Below, one piece after another: positions 26,099 through 32,917 of a stretch of DNA of 32,917 nt (the first letter of the stretch is position 1; each line of letters starts with the position of its first letter). The stretch comes from Candidatus Hermodarchaeota archaeon. Lineage in GTDB: Archaea; Asgardarchaeota; Lokiarchaeia; Sigyniarchaeales; SOKP01. Made by a program: the position numbers and the translations under genes. The stretch covers positions 1-32,917 of the forward strand of contig JBHLLG010000030.1 of the NCBI GenBank assembly GCA_048885925.1, read 5' to 3'. Below the pieces are notes generated by a model. It saw only the letters and a list, made by a program, of their open reading frames with translations. It was not told the DNA's origin and ran no database searches.

Positions 26099-27115
26099 TT
26101 AAGCAATCACATTATAGTTTTCTAATTTATATTTAACAAGTGCTAAAGCCCCTCTTAAACCAATCTCTTCTTCATATCTCGTTACCTTTATTTTCGGAGG
26201 ATGATTAATTGTAAAGCTATTCGGAGCCTTTTGAAATTGTTCAATTAATGGAGGGATTATCAATTCTTTATCTTTCATCATTGCACCTCCGAAATAAATT
26301 GAAGTACAATCATAATAATTATTAATTAACCCAATTCCTACTTTTGAATAGAATATACAATCGTCCAAAACTTTTTTTGATAACTCATCACCAATTCTCG
26401 CTGCGTGAAATACTTCTTTAGCTGTGATTTTAGATATATCATTATCAACTATTTTAATCAATTTTTCTGCATTCAGCAATCCCTCCTTTATATAATCATT
26501 CGCTCTATTTTGCACTCCTGTTCCTGAACTAAATGCTTCCCAACACCCATATGCTCCGCAATTACATTTAAATTTACTTCTTGGTTCTACAATTCCATGT
26601 CCAATTTCTGCGGCATTTCCCTCTTTTCCTAGCAATAAATGACCATTACAAATTACTCCACCACCTATTCCTGTTGACATAGTAATATAGACTAGATTAT
26701 CTTTTTCATCATCTTCTGCTTCAAAAAAATGAATACCCAATACTGCTCCATTACAATCATTAATAAAATATAAAGGAATCCCTGGAAATTTCTTTTCAAT
26801 GGGATCTTTAAGAGGTATTACTCTGAATCCTAAATTTGAATTATTAAAAATCTCTCCTTTCTCCATATTTAAAGGACCTGCAGTAGCAATCCCTATTCCT
26901 AAAATTTGTTCATGGTTAATGTTGTTTTCATTCAACATTTCTGATAAAATTTGGCATACAGAATTGCTAATTGAATACTTGCTTTCTTTTAATGTCCTTT
27001 CTTTTCTTTTTTTTATATTTCTTTCAAGTAAGTCTAAAGTACAAATAGCAACTCTTACCCAGGTACCTCCAATATCAACCCCTACTATAAATTTTTCATC
27101 CACCTTTATCTCCAA
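26099..27115 (-). CDS. ROK family sugar kinase (glucokinase-like)
   Basis: GVDIGGT, NDCNGA, STGIGGG, AEIGH and CNCGAYGCWEAFSSG; no N-terminal HTH. Confidence 0.92.
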   Translation of the reverse strand: MEIKVDEKFIVGVDIGGTWVRVAICTLDLLERNIKKRKERTLKESKYSISNSVCQILSEMLNENNINHEQILGIGIATAGPLNMEKGEIFNNSNLGFRVIPLKDPIEKKFPGIPLYFINDCNGAVLGIHFFEAEDDEKDNLVYITMSTGIGGGVICNGHLLLGKEGNAAEIGHGIVEPRSKFKCNCGAYGCWEAFSSGTGVQNRANDYIKEGLLNAEKLIKIVDNDISKITAKEVFHAARIGDELSKKVLDDCIFYSKVGIGLINNYYDCTSIYFGGAMMKDKELIIPPLIEQFQKAPNSFTINHPPKIKVTRYEEEIGLRGALALVKYKLENYNVIA

Positions 27116-27208
27116 ATCAAATTTCCTGTATATTCCTTAACCTCTGAATAATTTATAGATTTCAAATATTACAAAATATTATTACAGAATTAAAAGTTTT
27201 TCTATGAA

Positions 27209-28006
27209 TTAATAAATATTTATTTCAATTTTATCATCATTGATAACATCTTTAAAGATAGCAGCAATTTCTCTTTTCCTTTCATCATCTATTGAGAAAA
27301 TAAAATATTCTGCTGGAATTCTGGCTGTTGAGTAAATTTGGATAATATCTGGTTTAATTTTGTTTAATGCATTAGCAATGCCAATGATATTTTTAGAATT
27401 ATTATTTGATATAAAATCTTTTATGTATGAATTGTAAATTAAACACTGAATTGCTAGTTTATTTTCTTTTGGCATTTCCTGTTTCAATTTAGCTAATGAG
27501 TTAATAATTTTTTCAATATGGGGTGTTTCATTGTGTGGACGATTTGTTCTTTTGAAATCATCATCGTTTCCCGCATCCAACTTTGCCAATATTAATTCAA
27601 AATTCTTAACTCTCTCCCTTATTTCATCAAAAATTAATGTACTCGAATTTGTAAATAAAGTCAATTTTGGCATATTCATGTTCCAATTTAAACTCATTCG
27701 TACATCTACCACGATATTGAAATAATCTAATAAATTTTCATTTAAAGTTGGTTCTCCATTATAACCAAACGTAATAGAGTCTAAATGTGGAAAATATTTT
27801 AAAATTGATATTAATTCTTTTCTAAAATTTGTTGATGGTGGCAATTTTACTCTGTGAATAGGAGAAACTAAATTTTCTTTTTTTGTCAACCCAATTTCAC
27901 AATAAACACAGTTATATGTACATAATTTATAATTAGCTAATACATTAATACCTAAAGAAAGTCCTAATCGCCTTGATTGAAATGGTCCATAAGTATACTG
28001 ACGCAT
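27209..28006 (-). CDS. Radical SAM protein
   Basis: YGPFQSRRLGLSLGIN, CTYNCVYC, NGEPTL and FTNSS. Confidence 0.9.
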   Translation of the reverse strand: MRQYTYGPFQSRRLGLSLGINVLANYKLCTYNCVYCEIGLTKKENLVSPIHRVKLPPSTNFRKELISILKYFPHLDSITFGYNGEPTLNENLLDYFNIVVDVRMSLNWNMNMPKLTLFTNSSTLIFDEIRERVKNFELILAKLDAGNDDDFKRTNRPHNETPHIEKIINSLAKLKQEMPKENKLAIQCLIYNSYIKDFISNNNSKNIIGIANALNKIKPDIIQIYSTARIPAEYFIFSIDDERKREIAAIFKDVINDDKIEINIY

Positions 28007-28012
28007 ATTTTA

Positions 28013-28783
28013 TTAAACGAATCCTAAATTATTATTCATAAAATTCTCAATCGCTTTATTTACTAACTTAGGTTTTTCTAACATTAGACTATGACCAGCC
28101 TTCTTTATTATACAAAGCTTTGAATTTCTTATTTTTTCATGAAAAAATTGAGAATATTTTATGGGAGTTAATTGATCAGCTTTTCCACAAATAATTAAAC
28201 AAGGAACGCTAATCGAACTGGTTTTATCCAATGTATCAAACGCATCGCAAATTTTAAAATCATTATACGTTACTTCGGGATTTACTTGTGATGTTTCTAA
28301 TATAGAGTTATCTATTATTTCTTTAGGAGTTTTTCTATAAAATGCAACAGTTGGTAAATAATTTAAATAATTTTGGTAATCAGGTTTTATTGAATTAAAA
28401 ATGAATTGGCTCACACGCATCTTTGCTCCTGTTGCACATAAAATTAGGGCAGAAATTTCATCAGGATACCTAAAATAGTATTCTTGAGCTACAACTCCTC
28501 CCATAGAATGTCCACATAAAATTAAATCTTCGGGCTGTAAAGATTTCGCAAAATTTCTAACCACATTAATATATAACTCTAAGTTTAATTCTGGGAAAAT
28601 ATTAGATTTATTATGAGAAGGTAAATCAATTGCGATTATATTAAAGTCAACTTTTAAGTAGAATTGATGCTCCCATATATTTGAATTACCTCCCGCTCCA
28701 TGGATGAAAATTAGTATTTTTTCAGAATTATTATCTTTAATCTGGTAAAAAATCTGTTTTCCGGAATATTCGAAGTATGGCAT
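28013..28783 (-). CDS. Alpha/beta hydrolase
   Basis: FIHGAGG, GHSMGG nucleophile elbow, GKADQLTP and AGH. Confidence 0.92.
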   Translation of the reverse strand: MPYFEYSGKQIFYQIKDNNSEKILIFIHGAGGNSNIWEHQFYLKVDFNIIAIDLPSHNKSNIFPELNLELYINVVRNFAKSLQPEDLILCGHSMGGVVAQEYYFRYPDEISALILCATGAKMRVSQFIFNSIKPDYQNYLNYLPTVAFYRKTPKEIIDNSILETSQVNPEVTYNDFKICDAFDTLDKTSSISVPCLIICGKADQLTPIKYSQFFHEKIRNSKLCIIKKAGHSLMLEKPKLVNKAIENFMNNNLGFV

Positions 28784-28991
28784 TTAAAACACCGTATATA
28801 TAATTTATAATATACAGTAAAAAAAGATTATAATTTAGTTTTATCAAAATTATATATTATTTTTACAAACTTGATAAAAAAAATAGTGGATTTTTACATT
28901 ATCTGTAATCACTTACTTAAATATTGTCTTTTATCCTTTCTTAAAAACCAATTTTAGAAATATGTAATAAAGAATTATATTAAATTTGCTT

Positions 28992-29795
28992 TTACTGGCT
29001 TATTTCCATTTTATTGAATGATCGAGCTCCGATAAGTATAAAAATTGCTCCAAAACAAGTCATGACGATAAGATCTAACCATATAGGGAAAAATGATACC
29101 CCAAGTAAAACTGCTCTAAATAAATCGACGCTATATGTGAAGGGATTACACATCATTGCAATCTGCATAAATAATGGGACAGTGTTGAACGCGAATAAGC
29201 TTCCTGAAATCCAAAACATGGGCATAATAATAAATGTTTGAATTAATCCGAATGATTGCATGTCATTTAACCGGGTACTGATTGTCAATCCCATTCCTAC
29301 TATCCCAATACTCGCTAATAAGGCTACTGGTAAGACCAATATTACGCGCCATATTAAATTGAGATTATATCCAAAAGATCCAATTGCGATACTCAAAACT
29401 ACCATAACTGTGACTTGTAATAGCGTTTGTAAAGCTATCCCCAAAGTTCTTCCTAACATTAGTGTTCTACGACTAACAGGAGCTACTAATAATTCCTTCA
29501 TGAATCCAAACATCTTATCTCGAAAGATTGCCATACCTCCAAAGATTCCCGTAAACAAAATAACTATGGCTGCAATACCTGAAGCTGTAAAAGCTCTTGG
29601 ATCAATTGATGTTCCATCAATGGTTATCGAGAAGGATGAGAATCCAGCACCAAATACTATTAAAAATAATAAGCCTTGGGCTAATGATGAAATAATTCTC
29701 GATTTACTTCTCCAGAATCCCATTAATTCCCTTTTTGCCAGTATCCAAATGGCACTATAATTTATTTTTGATTTTATAATATTTAAATCAGACAT
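28992..29795 (-). CDS. ABC-2 type exporter permease (DrrB-like)
   Basis: About six TM helices; DKMFGFMKELLVAPVSR and NPFTYSVDLFR. Confidence 0.92.
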   Translation of the reverse strand: MSDLNIIKSKINYSAIWILAKRELMGFWRSKSRIISSLAQGLLFLIVFGAGFSSFSITIDGTSIDPRAFTASGIAAIVILFTGIFGGMAIFRDKMFGFMKELLVAPVSRRTLMLGRTLGIALQTLLQVTVMVVLSIAIGSFGYNLNLIWRVILVLPVALLASIGIVGMGLTISTRLNDMQSFGLIQTFIIMPMFWISGSLFAFNTVPLFMQIAMMCNPFTYSVDLFRAVLLGVSFFPIWLDLIVMTCFGAIFILIGARSFNKMEISQ

Positions 29796-29801
29796 TTAAA
29801 T

Positions 29802-31127
29802 TCACTTCCTTAATTGCCTCATTTGTATCATTTGTTTGATATTTTTTGTATGATTTGAAGATTCTTCTCGTATTCCACTCCCTACATAGTGGAGAAATAC
29901 ATCTTCTAACGTTGGTTGATGCATATTCACAGTTTTGATTTTCATATTGTTTTCATTAATTTTTTGAATAATCAAAGGAAGTTGTTGCCCACCACTTTCG
30001 CAGGAAATTGATATTGAAAGTTCAGAATCTTGGTCAAATTCTTCAAATTCTCCTTTTTTAATTTTTAACATTTCTTTTTTTATGTTATCTGGAACTTCTT
30101 CTAAAAGTGTATCATCAAACATTTCAGTAATTTTCTTTTTCATTGCTAATGGAGCATCTAAAAACATTTGAGTTGCCATCGGCATTCGCTTCCAAGCCAT
30201 TATTAATTTTTTAGGGTCTGAAAGTACTTCTCTCATTCGTGCTTTTATCATTTCAGGATCGATATTAGGCATCCCTTTAGGGAGTTGAATATTAGGCAAT
30301 AAATTTTTTTGACCTTCAGAAGATCCTATTGAAACATTTTTCACTCCTGAAATATTACGAATATGTCCTATAAGCTGTGGAAGTTCAAAATTCTCAACAT
30401 CTTTTTCAAACTTGATATCAATAACATCCCCAGATAATTGTTTCTTAAGATTTTCAGATGTATCCATAGCAATTATTTTCCCATGATCCATAATACATAT
30501 TCGATTCGCAAGCTCATCTGCCTCTTCCATATAATGTGTTGTTATTAGAATAGAAATATTCAAATCGCCTTTATTTAATTCTTTAATTTTTTCCCATATC
30601 TTTCTACGAGTCTGAGGATCTAATCCTAAAGTAGGTTCATCCAAAAATAAGACTCTAGGTTCATGAATTAATCCACGCGCAATTTCTAGACGCCTTTTCA
30701 TTCCTCCAGAATAATTTTTTACGAATACATTTGCTTTATCTTCAAGATCCACTAATTTCAAGACTTCATTGATTTTAGCATGTCTTTCTCTTTTTGGCAT
30801 CCCGTATAAAACACCATGTAATTCCAAATTTTCCCACCCTTTCATATCACCATCTAGGGATGGTTCTTGAAAAACAATTCCGATGCTTTTTCTAACTTTA
30901 TCTGGATCTTTTGTAATATCATAATTATTAACAAATGCTTCGCCTTTTGTAGGTGTTAATAATGTTGCAAGCATACTAATGGTTGTTGTTTTACCTGCTC
31001 CATTTGGACCTAAAAGTGCTAGAATTTCTCCCTTTTTAATATTAAAACTAATATCGTCAACAGCTAGAACATTACCATCTTCATAAATTTTTGTAAGGTT
31101 CTTTACTTCTATTATATTCTCATTCAT
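29802..31127 (-). CDS. ABC exporter ATP-binding subunit (DrrA-like) with a Met-rich insertion in the C-terminal domain
   Basis: GPNGAGKTT, YSGGMKRRL, FLDEPTLGLDP, TTHYMEEAD and PTLEDVFL. Confidence 0.94.
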   Translation of the reverse strand: MNENIIEVKNLTKIYEDGNVLAVDDISFNIKKGEILALLGPNGAGKTTTISMLATLLTPTKGEAFVNNYDITKDPDKVRKSIGIVFQEPSLDGDMKGWENLELHGVLYGMPKRERHAKINEVLKLVDLEDKANVFVKNYSGGMKRRLEIARGLIHEPRVLFLDEPTLGLDPQTRRKIWEKIKELNKGDLNISILITTHYMEEADELANRICIMDHGKIIAMDTSENLKKQLSGDVIDIKFEKDVENFELPQLIGHIRNISGVKNVSIGSSEGQKNLLPNIQLPKGMPNIDPEMIKARMREVLSDPKKLIMAWKRMPMATQMFLDAPLAMKKKITEMFDDTLLEEVPDNIKKEMLKIKKGEFEEFDQDSELSISISCESGGQQLPLIIQKINENNMKIKTVNMHQPTLEDVFLHYVGSGIREESSNHTKNIKQMIQMRQLRK

Positions 31128-31259
31128 AATCTTACCTCTCTAAATTAATAAACACAAAAATATTTTTTCATTTTATTTCATAAATTTTCATGGTTGATTT
31201 CAAATTCTTTTGTTTTATAGGTTATAACATAATTAATTTAAAAATAAAAAAAAAGTAAT

Positions 31260-32165
31260 TTATTCATTCTTACTCTGTCTTCGCTTATATAGCAGATATG
31301 CTAACCCTATAAAAATTGTTGAATAAATCAACATTCCTATAAGTGCTGCAATTTCTGTGGGAGTAATCCATTGTAAAAATGTTGCAAATTCTGTATGTCC
31401 ATTATTTCCGAAGCCAGTAGGCATACTAATTTCTGCGTATCTGGGGTTAGGCATAGCCATACTCGCGGTAATAATACCTTCATAATAAGTGAGTAGGAAA
31501 AGTGGTTCGATTTCTACACCCGTAAAACTTAGAATCATGGTGATCATATTAAACACTATTAAAAGAAAAAGTATACTAACAATGATGCTTATAGCTGTAC
31601 TTTTCATGATACTACTCATAAACGTTACAAATGTAAATATCATTAGTGTATATAATAGCGCCCATCCCAATGAACCCCATAATACAAGTGGTAATTCTTC
31701 ATATTTTATGAAAGTCATTGTGCCAATTAAAAGATAATAAAAGCCAACACATATCGCATTTAGACCATATCGTGAAACTATCCTGCCTATTAGTAACCGT
31801 GTCTTGCTTATCTTAGGAAATATTAAATTACCAGTTTGTCTGTGAAAATCTTCAGCGATTATTGAACCAGCAAATCCAGCAGCGCTTAATATAATCATAA
31901 ATCCGAACATACTGGTGTATGAATTAATATAATCAATAGGATCCTCTGGTAGGGGTACATCTTGTGCATATTGTAATTCCTGAACGACTAGGAATATAAT
32001 GAAAATTCCAAGAAATACCAGAAGCATAAGAATAAAATTTTTGATATTTCTCTTTAACTCAAAAGTAACAGTATCATAAATTTGAGTAAAATTTCTCCTT
32101 AATCCAGCTTTCTGTTTTTCTATTAAGATTCCTTCAGTTACAATTTTTTCACTTTCTAATGTCAT
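31260..32165 (-). CDS. ABC-2 type transporter permease
   Basis: Multi-TM; IAEDFHRQTGNLIFPKISKTRLLIGR; 1-nt overlap with the upstream ATPase stop. Confidence 0.85.
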   Translation of the reverse strand: MTLESEKIVTEGILIEKQKAGLRRNFTQIYDTVTFELKRNIKNFILMLLVFLGIFIIFLVVQELQYAQDVPLPEDPIDYINSYTSMFGFMIILSAAGFAGSIIAEDFHRQTGNLIFPKISKTRLLIGRIVSRYGLNAICVGFYYLLIGTMTFIKYEELPLVLWGSLGWALLYTLMIFTFVTFMSSIMKSTAISIIVSILFLLIVFNMITMILSFTGVEIEPLFLLTYYEGIITASMAMPNPRYAEISMPTGFGNNGHTEFATFLQWITPTEIAALIGMLIYSTIFIGLAYLLYKRRQSKNE

Positions 32166-32917
32166 TATTTGTAGACACCTCCTATTTCATTTGTTTTAGT
32201 TAGTTCAATAAATAAACTCTCAAGGAGACCTGCTTTAGGTACAGAATATTCTAAGATTTCATAGCCATTATCAAGAAGTTTTTTTAGAATTTCAGTTTGA
32301 TTCTTAGGATTCCCATTAAAGAAAACTTGGAATATTTTAGAATCGTTGTCATATTTAATCCAACTATCTTGTTCGGATATACCTGTTAAGGGAACAATAA
32401 TTTTTTTTAATTGAGTGATAACTATATCCATATCTTTTTCTGGAGTATTTAATAACTCAAAATGGATAACACTTTTCATTGCTTTTCCTTCTAAATTATC
32501 TAATGTATCAAATGCAATTAATTTTCCATTATGAATTATTGCGATTCGATCTGCTACTTCACTGATTTCATACAGTAAATGACTACTAAGAAATACTGTC
32601 TTTCCTATTTTTTTTAAATTCATAATTAAATCTCGAACTTCTTTTCTTGCTGTGGGATCTAAGCCAGTTTGAGGCTCATCTAAAACAACTATATCTGGAT
32701 CATGGATAATAGCAGAAGCAATACCAATTTTTTGTTTCATTCCTTTAGAAAAGGTTCCAATATTTTTATCTTTCCATTCTAACATTCCTATCATCTTTAA
32801 AACCGAATAAATTCTCTCATTAAGTTTTTTACGTGGATAACCTTTCAATTTTGCGAAATATTTCAAAATTTCTGTAGGAGTTACTTTTCCATAAAACGCT
32901 GGAATTTCAATAAGGAA
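32165..32917 (-). CDS. ABC transporter ATP-binding subunit, C-terminal part; start lies beyond the window end
   Basis: FSKGMKQKIG, LDEPQTGLDP and SSHLLYE. The frame is open upstream of 32866 to the window edge (FLIEIPAFYGKVTPTEIL), and Walker A is absent from the window. Confidence 0.92.
   Translation of the reverse strand, partial: FLIEIPAFYGKVTPTEILKYFAKLKGYPRKKLNERIYSVLKMIGMLEWKDKNIGTFSKGMKQKIGIASAIIHDPDIVVLDEPQTGLDPTARKEVRDLIMNLKKIGKTVFLSSHLLYEISEVADRIAIIHNGKLIAFDTLDNLEGKAMKSVIHFELLNTPEKDMDIVITQLKKIIVPLTGISEQDSWIKYDNDSKIFQVFFNGNPKNQTEILKKLLDNGYEILEYSVPKAGLLESLFIELTKTNEIGGVYK

Noticed and set aside
29014-29760. Plus-strand ORFs of 75 and 166 aa (likewise 18714-19154, 26799-27140, 20361-20669 and other short opposite-strand ORFs)
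   Set aside because: They overlap well-supported genes on the opposite strand and lack motifs.
32165-32866. ABC ATPase apparently lacking Walker A (possible pseudogene)
   Set aside because: The frame is open to the window edge, so the gene is simply truncated by the window.

Overview
AT-rich archaeal chromosomal window, very probably from an Asgard archaeon of the Lokiarchaeia type. The evidence is archaeal information-processing genes (Spt5, aIF1A, aIF2-gamma, TFS) together with eukaryotic-signature proteins (two Rab-like small GTPases, a longin+roadblock fusion, ribosomal protein eL22). It also carries a form III RuBisCO convergent with ribose-1,5-bisphosphate isomerase, uvrC, a C25 gingipain-like protease, a ROK kinase with a phosphosugar mutase, and two ABC-2 exporter pairs. 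No mobile element or CRISPR array was seen. The standout is in the apparent intergenic gap at about 9040-9250 (minus strand): a circularly permuted 5S rRNA gene. Its 3' part precedes its 5' part, the canonical ends are joined by a UUUG loop closing helix I, and the break in loop C sits in a bulge-helix-bulge/loop-like splicing motif held by a 13-bp terminal inverted repeat. Predicted cleavage and ligation would give a 120-nt circular 5S rRNA with a restored loop C. All calls come from reading the sequence; no database search was run.
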